Source: a virus
IMG/VR virus record: IMGVR_UViG_3300033402_000312
DNA length: 64,000 bases
Strand: one strand, 5' to 3'
In this document: positions 45,755 to 55,116 of the stretch, piece by piece
How the letters are laid out: every line of letters starts with the position of its first letter
How positions within the stretch are numbered: position 1 is the first letter of the stretch
Translations under genes and position numbers: made by a program
Notes under the pieces: generated by a model
What the model was told of the DNA's origin: nothing
Seen by the model: only the letters and a program-made list of their open reading frames with translations
Databases searched by the model: none

Positions 45755-46582
45755 TCAAGGTTTCTGCCGGTTCGCCTTGTCCATGTCCGACTTCGAAAGC
45801 TGGTTGAACCCGCTGACGGACGCCAGGTCGGCTTTCAGTTGGGCGATGTTGAAGCCCTTGGGCTGCCAGGCCGCGCCGAGCAGAGTGTGGGACTCGTCGG
45901 TGTACTTGTCCCAGAACGCCACGGTCATCTTCTGGAGCATGCCCCACGTGATGCAGGTGACGGTCGTCGCGCCGTTTGCCGTGGGGTCTTTGACGTGGTA
46001 CGCCGGGCAGTAAACCGCGTGCCCGCCCGCGATCCCGCCGTCGTCCGGCACCACGTCCCAAACCTGGCCGTTCTGGTTCTGGGTGAGCGCCGAGTTGGGA
46101 AGCTGGAGACCGATGTAGACGCCGCCGAACTCCGCGATGGACTGCATGACGTGCCCGAAGTTCTGGGGCTGCGGGCTGACGTAGGCTTCGAGCACGTGCC
46201 CGCCGAACGTCTGCTGGTACCAGTCCGTGAGGACGGTGGTCTCGATGCCGCCTTGGTCGGTGCTCTCGTCGCCGAGGACGTAGCCGCACCACTTCTCGTA
46301 CTTAGCGAGGATGAGGCTGTCGGGAGGGGTGGTCGCGTCCTTCGTCCAGACCTGCACGGCGTGCCCGCAGGCGGCGATGGTGCAGTCGCCGAGGCCCTCG
46401 GAAGGGACTCCGGCAGGGGCATCCGAGTCGGGGCCGTTCAGCATCATGCCCCAGTCCGTGACGCCGTACGTGTACTGGGCGTAGGGCGGCGGGGTGTAGC
46501 CTTCCAACACGTAGTCCTTCATGTGCGGCGTCTGGGGGCTGAACAGAGCCTGCTTCTTGCCTAGCCTGTACTTGAATTGCAT
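45755..46582 (-). CDS. hypothetical protein (only minus-strand gene; possible Cys/His peptidase-like)
   Basis: GGAGGTAA RBS on minus strand before MQFKY start; GDCTIAACGHAV and GGHAVY motifs. Confidence 0.5.
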   Translation of the reverse strand: MQFKYRLGKKQALFSPQTPHMKDYVLEGYTPPPYAQYTYGVTDWGMMLNGPDSDAPAGVPSEGLGDCTIAACGHAVQVWTKDATTPPDSLILAKYEKWCGYVLGDESTDQGGIETTVLTDWYQQTFGGHVLEAYVSPQPQNFGHVMQSIAEFGGVYIGLQLPNSALTQNQNGQVWDVVPDDGGIAGGHAVYCPAYHVKDPTANGATTVTCITWGMLQKMTVAFWDKYTDESHTLLGAAWQPKGFNIAQLKADLASVSGFNQLSKSDMDKANRQKP

Positions 46583-46868
46583 GCGGGTTACCTCCACATA
46601 AGGTTCGGGTAGCGGGAAACAGGGGCAACCCCTTGAAAATCCTTGATAAACTGCGTCAAATCATGGTATTTCATGGTGAAATGGTACGCCCGCGAACCAC
46701 AAGCTCCCATATTTTCCCCGGATAGTTCGCGCTGTGATGCAAGTTTTTACGCACCTTGACTTTATGGAAGGAGCGGCTTGATTCGCAATAGCAAAACGAT
46801 GGCGAGGCTGGTGATTTCGCGAAAGGCGACCTCTGGACTATTTATTTGTAATGAGTTACGATATAGCT

Positions 46869-47554
46869 GTCGCGCCCCCGCACGGGCGCGTGGGTTGAAA
46901 CTATGATAATAATACCAAAAGACAGGAATGTTGTCGTCGCGCCCCGCACGGGCGCGTGGGTTGAAACAACGAGATGGTCATGCGTGCGCTGCGCAAGGCA
47001 GATCGCGCCCCGTACAGGTGGGTTGAAACAGGAAAATTGCGACATGGCTAACTTTATGTGTGTGGGTTGAAACATCAACGGCGGTCGAACCATCGTGGTT
47101 GTCACCCCTCATTAAGGTGTGGGTTGAAATAAAATAGGAAGAGGGCTGTTCGTTTCATGACCACGTCTTAACGCCCCTTAATTGGGGCGTGGGTTGAAAC
47201 GCCGCATCTCTAGCAGCTTTGTTTTGGCTATCATCCCACAAGGGACATGGGTTGAAACGACCGTGTGGCTCGGAGTACCAATCAATTGTTGGTTGGGTTG
47301 AAACATTCTTAATTCTTGTTTTAGCTTCTTGCTTCACCCAGTGTTGAACTGGGTGTGGGTTGAAACCTTGTTGAAGCAGCGGACCGCGACCTTCTTGCTG
47401 TGTCACCCAGCGTTGAGTGGGTTGAAACGCGCCCATCGAGGGCACACCGTCGATCTCATGAGTGCCGCCCAGCGTTGAACTGGGTGTGGGTTGAAACACA
47501 CCAGCTTCCGTGATGGAACGTCGTAAAGTAGTATCAGTTTGATTGGATTGAAAC
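46869..47554 (+). CRISPR. degenerate 12-unit CRISPR-like array, type I-C-like repeats, no adjacent cas genes
   Basis: repeat 1 gtcgcgcccccgcacgggcgcgtgggttgaaac (46869-46901), then 46936-46967, 47001-47029; later units keep the 3' tgggttgaaac but carry different hairpins (acgcccc..ggggcgt; cacccagcgttgaactgggtg); ends at 46901, 46967, 47029, 47073, 47130, 47200, 47258, 47304, 47366, 47428, 47497, 47554; AT-rich leader upstream. Confidence 0.6.
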
Positions 47555-47590
47555 GCTATCGAGTACTTCCTTTAGAGGGAGGTATTCCAT

Positions 47591-48052
47591 ATGAGAAAAA
47601 TCCTATTTTCCTTGGTTTTCAGCCTTCTCCTTTTCGCTGTCCCGATCCCGGCATCTGCCCAGCATGGGCACGGCGGCGGGCGCAGCAGCGGCCATAGCTT
47701 CGCCGGGCACGCCCCGAGCGGGTATGCCGCCCCGTACGCGGCCCCGAACCGAGGCTACAACAGAGGCGAGGCGTACGCCCATTTCTCCAACGGCCGCTTC
47801 GACCGCAGCTACTTCGCCGCCCATTGGGGCTACGGGCACCCCTTCTACTTGGGCAACTGCTACTGGTGGGGGCCGCGCTTCTACGTCGGCTCCTACTTCT
47901 GGTACGGCGGCGCGTACTTCCTGATCATCGACCCGATCCCGTACGACTGGTGGTACGACGACGTCTACGTGGAGTGGGTTGACGGCTACGGCTACGTGCT
48001 TGCCGACCCGGTCTATCCTGGCGTTTATTTCCATATCGGCGTCCGCTTCTGA
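47591..48052 (+). CDS. secreted Gly/Tyr/Trp-rich protein
   Basis: signal peptide MRKILFSLVFSLLLFAVPIPASA; aromatic/Gly-rich low-complexity body. Confidence 0.5.
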   Translation: MRKILFSLVFSLLLFAVPIPASAQHGHGGGRSSGHSFAGHAPSGYAAPYAAPNRGYNRGEAYAHFSNGRFDRSYFAAHWGYGHPFYLGNCYWWGPRFYVGSYFWYGGAYFLIIDPIPYDWWYDDVYVEWVDGYGYVLADPVYPGVYFHIGVRF

Positions 48053-48158
48053 TCTGATACACCGACAACGCAGACCGCCTCAAAGCCGGGGTTTGGGCTT
48101 CAACCTGATCCCCGGCTTTCTGTTTTGCAGCTTCTTTTTGTATTTATAGGGATAGCCC

Positions 48159-48521
48159 ATGGACGAATCGAATGCCTTGAAAATCTCGGTCTACAACTCC
48201 GACGCTGGGCGGGAGTACGACCTGTACGTCCGCAAAGACCGCCTCAAGGCGTTTGAGGCGTTTCTGATGCGCCGCCGCTGGCGCGGCGAGTACCAGCCGG
48301 AGGCGGGCGGGATGCCGGGGATTAGCTGGGCCGCCTTCAACGGGCTGGATGCGATTTTTGAGCGCCGCCCCAGGAGCTTCCCCGCACGCGACATCCTTCA
48401 AGCCCTCGCCGACGACATAGTTCCGGGCGGCGAAGCGCCCGCTGTCACCCCGCACGAGGTCGAGAAGGCGCTGGAGCAGTTTTCCGCTGTGTACCCGCCC
48501 GATGTTTCGGAGGGCGCATGA
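48159..48521 (+). CDS. hypothetical protein
   Basis: 120-aa ORF. Confidence 0.4.
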   Translation: MDESNALKISVYNSDAGREYDLYVRKDRLKAFEAFLMRRRWRGEYQPEAGGMPGISWAAFNGLDAIFERRPRSFPARDILQALADDIVPGGEAPAVTPHEVEKALEQFSAVYPPDVSEGA

Positions 48522-49108
48522 GTTATCAAAGTCGCATTCGCGAAATACAATCGAGCTTCGTGATGGGCTTCCAAGACCGCGAGACCTGCCTTTCCCTGTT
48601 CGAGGATTTGCTGCACGAGTACGGCTTGCTTCCCCATGAGGAGCAGCTTGACCGCACCATAACGAACGAGAACTTCCTCACGCTACTCAAGATGGCCAAG
48701 GACGTGCGCGAAGTTCCGCCCCCGGTGTCCGAGATCGAGAAGCACTTGGACTTGGAAAGCATGCGCAAGACGGCAGAGAACCTCAAAAAGCTTGCCGAAC
48801 GAATGGGTAAAAGCGGCCAGCGCTTCAGGATCGCCGACTCCGTGAGCCGCAACTGCCCGGTGTGCCAGAAGCCGGTACGCGCCCTGTTCAACCGGGTGCA
48901 GAGCCTAGACCACCAAGTGCTCCCTGTAGACCCCCCGCGCTGCCAAGGCTGCATGATGAAATGGGTCGAGGAAAAATTCGGTCCGCTGCAAGACCTGAAG
49001 CCCGACGAGCCGGCCCCCGCGACCCCCCAAGACGACAGCCCGGTCAGCCCCATGAGCGACGAAGAAATAGCATGGTTTGCTTCATTAGAAAAGCAAATGC
49101 AAGGATGA
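48518..49108 (+). CDS. hypothetical protein
   Basis: ATGA overlap; CPVCQ...CQGC. Confidence 0.45.
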   Translation: MSYQSRIREIQSSFVMGFQDRETCLSLFEDLLHEYGLLPHEEQLDRTITNENFLTLLKMAKDVREVPPPVSEIEKHLDLESMRKTAENLKKLAERMGKSGQRFRIADSVSRNCPVCQKPVRALFNRVQSLDHQVLPVDPPRCQGCMMKWVEEKFGPLQDLKPDEPAPATPQDDSPVSPMSDEEIAWFASLEKQMQG

Positions 49109-49130
49109 ATGAGGACAGTATTATCGAGGT

Positions 49131-49631
49131 ATGGGCTTCAGCAGAAACGCTTATCGGGAAAATAGACGGAATAAAGGACTTTGTAGAGATTGTGGGGAGA
49201 AAGCACGTAAAGGTCTATCTCTATGTGAGGCGTGCGCAAAGTCCGCTTATAAACGAAATGTAAAGCGTTCTGCTAACTTTAAGAAAAGGGGGGTCTGCAT
49301 AACGTGCGGGCGAAAAGTCGTAAAAGGCAAGGCACGTTGCGCACAACACCTACTTTATACCCGTATTTGCAATTTGCACCTGCCGCGCAAAGAAAGACCA
49401 CGTGTTGCTGCGGCACTCCGTGAGTTTGCTGGATACTGTGAATGTTGCGGCAGAAGCAAACCTGGTGGAAACAACCAGTGGAATATCGACCACAAAGGGT
49501 CAAAATTTCGTGGTATATTATGTTGGTACTGTAATATTGTACTTGGGCTTGTTTACGACAATACAGCAACACTGAAGGCGATGATCAAATACCTCCGAAA
49601 AACACGGCAGGGGAGGAAGGACAAGCCATAA
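49131..49631 (+). CDS. endonuclease VII-like HNH nuclease
   Basis: low-GC gene; CRDCGEK...CEAC...NIDHKGSKFRGILCWYCNIVLG pattern. Confidence 0.6.
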   Translation: MGFSRNAYRENRRNKGLCRDCGEKARKGLSLCEACAKSAYKRNVKRSANFKKRGVCITCGRKVVKGKARCAQHLLYTRICNLHLPRKERPRVAAALREFAGYCECCGRSKPGGNNQWNIDHKGSKFRGILCWYCNIVLGLVYDNTATLKAMIKYLRKTRQGRKDKP

Positions 49632-49644
49632 GCAGGGGTTCCTG

Positions 49645-49839
49645 ATGAGCTTCCGGGTCAACGGGGTTGCGGTGGTCTGCGCGGAAGAAGACGACATTTG
49701 CGAACTCTGCGGCAAAGTCGCCGAGCTTCGGCCGTACGGGCCGAAGGGCGAGCGCATCTGCTACGAGTGCGGCGAGAAGGACCCCGCCACGACCAAGCGC
49801 ATGCTGTATAAGGTCTTGTTCGGGGAGACGATCCAGTGA
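49645..49839 (+). CDS. hypothetical zinc-ribbon protein
   Basis: CELCGK...CYECGEKD. Confidence 0.4.
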   Translation: MSFRVNGVAVVCAEEDDICELCGKVAELRPYGPKGERICYECGEKDPATTKRMLYKVLFGETIQ

Positions 49840-50594
49840 AAGAAGACATGCCGCTGAGGGGACAAGAAACGCTCTTGAACGGCATCCTGCAAGCGCTGAG
49901 CGCCATGGTGGTGCCAGGCGTCACGACCAAGCAACTCGACGAGCAGGCGGAGCGCCTGTGCAGCCTGCACGGCGTCAAGCCCGCGTTCAAGGGCTACAAG
50001 CCCCCCAACTTCGGCACCACGGAAGGCTACCCGAACTCCCTCTGCGTCTCGATCAACGAGGAAGTCATCCACGGCATCCCGTCCGACCGGAAAATCCAAG
50101 ATGGGGACGTCGTGAAATTGGACATGGGGATCGAGCAAGACGGGCAGTTCGACGACGGCGCGACGACCGTGCTGGTGGGCGAACTCGACCCGAAGACCGG
50201 GCACATCCTCGGCACCTCGGCCGCTTCCCGCAAGCTCGTCAAGGCCACAAAGGAGGCGCTGGACGCCGGGGTCGCGCAGGCGAAGGCGGGGAAGACCACG
50301 CACGACATCGCGGCGGCCGTGGAGGCTGTCGCAAAGAAGTACGACCTTCACGTCGTCCACGGCTACGGCGGGCACGGCATAGGAAGCTCGCTGCATCTGG
50401 AACCCCACATCCCGAACGAGGTCGCCGGGGCGGGGCCGCCAGTGGAACTCAAGCCCGGCATGAAGATCGCGATTGAGCCTATGTTTTCCACCGCAAGCGG
50501 CGGCTTCACCTATGTGGCGAAGGACGGCTGGACTGTGAAGCTCCGCAACGGCGGGCTTGCCGCGCACTTTGAGCAGACGGTGACCATCGAATAG
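49836..50594 (+). CDS. map: methionine aminopeptidase (type I)
   Basis: GYPNSLCVSINEEVIHGIP...GDVVKLDMGIE...HGYGGHGIGSSLHLEP...GMKIAIEPMFS...DGWTV...HFEQTV. Confidence 0.8.
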   Translation: MKEDMPLRGQETLLNGILQALSAMVVPGVTTKQLDEQAERLCSLHGVKPAFKGYKPPNFGTTEGYPNSLCVSINEEVIHGIPSDRKIQDGDVVKLDMGIEQDGQFDDGATTVLVGELDPKTGHILGTSAASRKLVKATKEALDAGVAQAKAGKTTHDIAAAVEAVAKKYDLHVVHGYGGHGIGSSLHLEPHIPNEVAGAGPPVELKPGMKIAIEPMFSTASGGFTYVAKDGWTVKLRNGGLAAHFEQTVTIE

Positions 50595-50595
50595 C

Positions 50596-50988
50596 ATGGT
50601 CGCAAGGGGCACAAAAGCTTTCCGCGTAGACGGGAAAGGCAGGCTGCGTTTCCTGTTCCATGCGCACCAAGGGTCTAGCGTGGTTCCGCTGGATCGTTGG
50701 ATCGAGACCAAGCGCCCGTGGGTGACGGACGGCTCGCGGCAAAAGATGTATCGTGCCGCATTCCATTTCCTGCGGGATCGGGATCGCGTCGAGAAATTTG
50801 ACCGCTTGACGCAGGGAAAATATGTCATGATTCCCATCAAGGCGCAGGGAGCCGAGCGGAAACCGAGAACGAACGTCGGCTCGTGGCTGGCAAGGAAAAT
50901 TTTCGTTTCCAGCGTGGATGTCGAAAAAATTTTGGCGGAGGCTACGCATGAGCAGCAAAAGGCATCAGCGCCGCAAGGCATGCGGTAA
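50596..50988 (+). CDS. hypothetical protein
   Basis: 130-aa ORF. Confidence 0.4.
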   Translation: MVARGTKAFRVDGKGRLRFLFHAHQGSSVVPLDRWIETKRPWVTDGSRQKMYRAAFHFLRDRDRVEKFDRLTQGKYVMIPIKAQGAERKPRTNVGSWLARKIFVSSVDVEKILAEATHEQQKASAPQGMR

Positions 50989-51157
50989 TAAGGAACCCCA
51001 CCCCGACCGAGCCGGGGCGGTGCGCCATCTCGTCTCTCTCAAGCACAAAGGCAACCTCGGTCTGATAACCTACAAGTGCCCGTTCGGCAACCATTGGCAT
51101 GTGGGCCATCCTCCCCGCAGGGTCAGGAAAGCCCTCACTTCAAGGGGGATTTGGTGA
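50948..51157 (+). CDS. hypothetical protein
   Basis: 69-aa ORF overlapping upstream gene. Confidence 0.3.
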   Translation: MSSKRHQRRKACGNKEPHPDRAGAVRHLVSLKHKGNLGLITYKCPFGNHWHVGHPPRRVRKALTSRGIW

Positions 51158-51180
51158 TTTTCCCAGTATTATCTTTGGAT

Positions 51181-51594
51181 ATGGGCGAGCCAAAACCTTC
51201 TGTACCTGCAACCACCAAGGCGCTCCAGGCATGGCAGTCCGAGCTTCGCCACCTCGAAAAACGGCTGGAGGAGTGGTCTAACGACCTTGCGGTGCGCGAG
51301 GAAGACTTGGAACAGCATGAAGCCGCCTTCGCAAGCGTGCTTGACAAGGCCGACGACGAGACGATCCAGCGCTACGCCGATTACCTTGAAGACTGCGGCT
51401 GCACAGCCGAGGACGCCGCAAACGGGTGCGATTGCCCGAAGTGCGAGCAGTTCAGGTCGAAAGCCTCGTCCCCAACGATTGCAGTCCCCGGCGACAAAGG
51501 CGACGAGGTCGAGTGGCTCGAAAATCTTTGGAAGCTGAAAGATGGGCGGCGCAAACTGCCGAGCGCCAAAGCCAGAAAGGAAGCGCTGGGATGA
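51181..51594 (+). CDS. hypothetical protein
   Basis: 137 aa; coiled coil then CGC...CDCPKCEQF. Confidence 0.4.
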   Translation: MGEPKPSVPATTKALQAWQSELRHLEKRLEEWSNDLAVREEDLEQHEAAFASVLDKADDETIQRYADYLEDCGCTAEDAANGCDCPKCEQFRSKASSPTIAVPGDKGDEVEWLENLWKLKDGRRKLPSAKARKEALG

Positions 51595-52001
51595 TCAAAG
51601 TTGCCCTCATCGACCAGCACGGCACCCATTTCGCGACCTTCGACTTGCCGGAGCTTCCTCGCGAGGGCGACGTCATCGAGATCGGGTTCCCGGACAAGCA
51701 GCCCGGCAAGTCCTTCACCGTCGAGCGCGTCGTCTACCAGATGGTCTACGACGCCGGTCCCGTCCGGCACGAGATCGATCCGCCGTGGCACTGGGAAATC
51801 AGGCTATTCGGCGACATTCGGCGTGAAGCTGATGATTGGGCTTCGCGTGTTTGCGTATGCGCCCAAGGCGTGACGAAATGCCCCAAGCACGGCGATCAGC
51901 CTGCCGAGCGCGAAACCTGTCCCCTGTGCAAAAAAGCAGTTCTGGCGTATTGTGCGCAGGGCGAATACTGCACCAGCGACGATTGCAAATACGTCGCGTA
52001 G
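51591..52001 (+). CDS. hypothetical protein
   Basis: TGATG overlap; C-term CVCAQGVTKCPKHG...CPLCKK. Confidence 0.4.
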   Translation: MIKVALIDQHGTHFATFDLPELPREGDVIEIGFPDKQPGKSFTVERVVYQMVYDAGPVRHEIDPPWHWEIRLFGDIRREADDWASRVCVCAQGVTKCPKHGDQPAERETCPLCKKAVLAYCAQGEYCTSDDCKYVA

Positions 52002-52059
52002 AGACACGAAGACCCCCGCGCATACACAAATCCACGAGGGTCTAGGTGCAGATCGGTCG

Positions 52060-53400
52060 GATCACCTCCCCCCTAATCTAATGTGTTTGTGAAGCGGTTG
52101 CTCCCGTGAATCGAGGTCGCTGCTGACTGCTGAAGGTTCATGCAAAGTTCCTCCTTCGGGATTAAGGATGGACTGAGTATTTAGTTTGTGGCGGCGAACT
52201 CTGCCGCATCTATCTAAGAGGAGCATAGCGGAGAAATCGGCGCTGCCTTGCAAAGCTCTAGGGGGCTATGCAAGGCAGCCCACGATAAGACTCACCAAAC
52301 TAGATATGAGCAAGCTTACAGATTTAGCTGGACAAAGATTCGGGCGTTTGACCGTTCTCCACCGGGCGGGGAAAGAGTACCCCGTTCGTTGGGCCGTGGG
52401 ATGTGACTGTGGTACAGAAAAGACTGTTTCGCGCCGTAGGTTACTGGATGGGTCAGTCAAAAGCTGCGGATGTTTGCGCCGAGAGCTTACTGTAGCGCGA
52501 AACAAAAAAAGGACTAAACCATTTGAACTCGTAGCTAGAAAAAACGTTCTTTGCCACTACATCCAAAACGCCAGCGCAAGAGGGCTTGAGTGGGGGCTTT
52601 CGGAAAAGCATTTTTATACCTTAATACAAAAACCGTGTTTCTGGTGCGGCGCTCTGCCTGCAAATCAATGCAAAATTTCCTACCGGAAGGGGGTTTTTAT
52701 ATATCAAGGTGTTGATCGTCTAGATAATCGTTTTGGGTATTCTGAGACTAATGCAGTTCCCTGTTGTTACCTTTGCAATGATATGAAAAGTTCCACGTCG
52801 GCGCACGACTTCAAGCATCAAGTAGAAAAAATATCGCATAATCTGAAAGGACATCAATGGCCGACGACCTCTTGAAACGTGTATTTGGCATGTTAGATGA
52901 CAAAATCAGAATTTACCAAGTCATGGAAGACCGTGAGGTTTTTCGTGATGAATTTGTCTATTGTCAAATCATGTTCCAAATCCTCTTTGGTGATAAAGGG
53001 TTTGCCAAGACGTTGGGGCCAACTTGGAATCTTATACATGATCCTCGCTTTCGAGTGCTAGAAAATATGATGGTCACTGATCGCCATGCAATCTTCGGCG
53101 GGGATGCGCGTATTGGAAAACAATATATTAACGATGACGGTTCATTTTCAAGCTCTGTTGGAGACCTTGAAAAATACGCTGAGTTGTTGGGTGAGGGAAG
53201 AAACTTTCACAATGTCTTAACGCATCCAAATCAAGCATGTCCAGTACGCAAGTGGTTGGAACGCATCTATACCGGGCATACTCAGATAGTCCCAAACAAT
53301 GAACTCAATTGCGTTTGTTTGAGCAAGGAAAAAATTGACCCAACTACTTTCAAAGATCAATCTGATGAAGTAGTGTGGCGTTATATTCTTCAGGAGTGCC
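52060..53400 (+). other. low-GC (~42-45%) compositional island spanning a homing-endonuclease-like gene and the N-terminal third of the downstream 525-aa ORF
   Basis: abrupt AT-rich composition versus ~60% GC flanks. Confidence 0.6.
52306..52875 (+). CDS. putative homing-endonuclease-associated DNA-binding protein (LTGQRFGRLTV-type)
   Basis: low GC; N-term LAGQRFGRLTVL, CDCG...SCGC Cys pairs, C-term CCYLCN; family assignment tentative. Confidence 0.4.
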   Translation: MSKLTDLAGQRFGRLTVLHRAGKEYPVRWAVGCDCGTEKTVSRRRLLDGSVKSCGCLRRELTVARNKKRTKPFELVARKNVLCHYIQNASARGLEWGLSEKHFYTLIQKPCFWCGALPANQCKISYRKGVFIYQGVDRLDNRFGYSETNAVPCCYLCNDMKSSTSAHDFKHQVEKISHNLKGHQWPTTS

Positions 53401-54434
53401 CCAACCGCGCTTTCACGGAAGGCGGAGGTACGACCGCCTACGGCAAGCTGATGTACGACCTGATCCGCGCCGACCTGATCGGCCTGATCCACGACTACGC
53501 CGAGACCCCGCTGATCGACAGCTACGTCTACCTGCGCGACCACGGCGTCGTGACCGCGACCGAGACCGTCGCCTACATCGACCCGCACGGGCAGGAAGCG
53601 CCACGGGTGCTGCAAGAGGTTGACATTCTTGAGCAAGCCCTCACCCACCGCGCCACCCTGCGCGTCACCGCGTACAAGATTCTGAAGAGGATCGGCTTCG
53701 AGGGGAAGCTCCGGCAGCTTGCCGGGACGGACTTCTTCGAGCTTACCGACACGGAGCGCGACGAGATGCTGCGCTTGGTGTACGAGTCCGACTATCCCGA
53801 ACCTGACCCCAGCTTAAGCGCTTCGACTGTCCCGCTGGGGTGGCGTCCCTTCCACATCCGCCTGCGCGAATGGGAGCAGTCGCTTGAGCAAAGGCTCTTG
53901 GACTACGTGCGCAAGAACTGCATGAGCCTCGACTACCCGCTGCGCGAGAGCGCCCAGCTTGCCATCGAGCAGCGAGAGGCGCGGAAGACCGTCGCCGGGC
54001 TGCTGGACGGCAGCATCCAGCCGATCAACTCCTACACCGAGCCTACGGCCGAAATCCCCGCCGACCAGAACGAGACTGAGGTCATGAAATACGCCGCCAT
54101 GATGGAGGCGATCATGTCCAACGAGTTCAAGCAGGAGCTATACCTGCTGCTGGCGGAAGCGGAGAAGGCGGGCGAGACCGCCGTCCTCGACATCCTCGCC
54201 CCGGTGTTCCTGACACCCGGCTACCCGCTGGATGAGCAGGGCTTCTACCAAATCCTGGAACGCATCCGCATCGGCTCCAAGTCGCTCCGCGCCGAGCGCA
54301 TGGACGCCATTCGCGGAGTCAAGCAGGTCACGGACAAGGCCGGGAGCAAGCCGGAACTGGTGGAAACCGAAGGCGAATTCCACAGCAAGGACAATCCGGG
54401 CGGCATTTACCCTTCGCGCAACGCTGACAAATGA
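52857..54434 (+). CDS. hypothetical protein (525 aa; composition changes mid-gene)
   Basis: long ORF; first ~180 codons AT-rich, remainder GC-rich. Confidence 0.5.
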   Translation: MADDLLKRVFGMLDDKIRIYQVMEDREVFRDEFVYCQIMFQILFGDKGFAKTLGPTWNLIHDPRFRVLENMMVTDRHAIFGGDARIGKQYINDDGSFSSSVGDLEKYAELLGEGRNFHNVLTHPNQACPVRKWLERIYTGHTQIVPNNELNCVCLSKEKIDPTTFKDQSDEVVWRYILQECPNRAFTEGGGTTAYGKLMYDLIRADLIGLIHDYAETPLIDSYVYLRDHGVVTATETVAYIDPHGQEAPRVLQEVDILEQALTHRATLRVTAYKILKRIGFEGKLRQLAGTDFFELTDTERDEMLRLVYESDYPEPDPSLSASTVPLGWRPFHIRLREWEQSLEQRLLDYVRKNCMSLDYPLRESAQLAIEQREARKTVAGLLDGSIQPINSYTEPTAEIPADQNETEVMKYAAMMEAIMSNEFKQELYLLLAEAEKAGETAVLDILAPVFLTPGYPLDEQGFYQILERIRIGSKSLRAERMDAIRGVKQVTDKAGSKPELVETEGEFHSKDNPGGIYPSRNADK

Positions 54435-54435
54435 T

Positions 54436-54693
54436 ATGAGCAAAATGCGCAGGGCATTGGGAAAGCGCAGACCCGCATGCTTCCCGACAGCGCCGGAATA
54501 CTGGGTGGAGTTCGGCAGTCTTGGTACAAATTGGCCGATGCTGCACCATGTCGGCAAAACCGGGCTGTTCTTGGACGAGTTCCTCGACGTCCTCGAAAAC
54601 TGGGCCGCCAGCCGCAACTTCGGAGATCACGTGTACATCGAGGACATCAAGTCGGACGACAGCATCCACTACCGCATAAGCCTTGGAAGCTGA
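54436..54693 (+). CDS. hypothetical protein
   Basis: 85 aa. Confidence 0.35.
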   Translation: MSKMRRALGKRRPACFPTAPEYWVEFGSLGTNWPMLHHVGKTGLFLDEFLDVLENWAASRNFGDHVYIEDIKSDDSIHYRISLGS

Positions 54694-54728
54694 ACAACGC
54701 GACTACAAGCCTCTCTCGTAGGTGCCCT

Positions 54729-55097
54729 ATGGACGAATGCCGCTGCCTCATACCTGACGAGAACGACAATTGCATCGAGTGCGGCAGGCATATCGACCTC
54801 CCCGAGATCGGCGGTCCGATGCCGGACCTCGGGGACATACCCGGCATCTGCAAGCTGATCGACGCGGCAGCCGCCGACTTCGTCAAGGCGGTCCAAGAGA
54901 ACACCGACCCCCAAGACCCGTCGATCACGTGCCTGCGCCTTGCGGGCAGCAGGGTCGTGCGCGTCCCGCACCAGACCATCCTTCGGGCAATGCTCCGATC
55001 CCCCTACAAAGAGGCGAAGGCCTTGGGATACCGTGGCACCATCGACCGCTTCTACGCGCTCGTATGCGAGCGCATGCCCGCTGTTTTTTCGCATTGA
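54729..55097 (+). CDS. hypothetical protein
   Basis: CRCLIPDENDNCIECGRH. Confidence 0.4.
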   Translation: MDECRCLIPDENDNCIECGRHIDLPEIGGPMPDLGDIPGICKLIDAAAADFVKAVQENTDPQDPSITCLRLAGSRVVRVPHQTILRAMLRSPYKEAKALGYRGTIDRFYALVCERMPAVFSH

Positions 55098-55116
55098 ACT
55101 CTGCTATCATGGGTCA

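Noticed and set aside
53375-53623. Arg/Pro/Asp-rich ORFs on both strands within the 525-aa ORF
   Set aside because: High-GC frame artefacts with repetitive RRDR composition.
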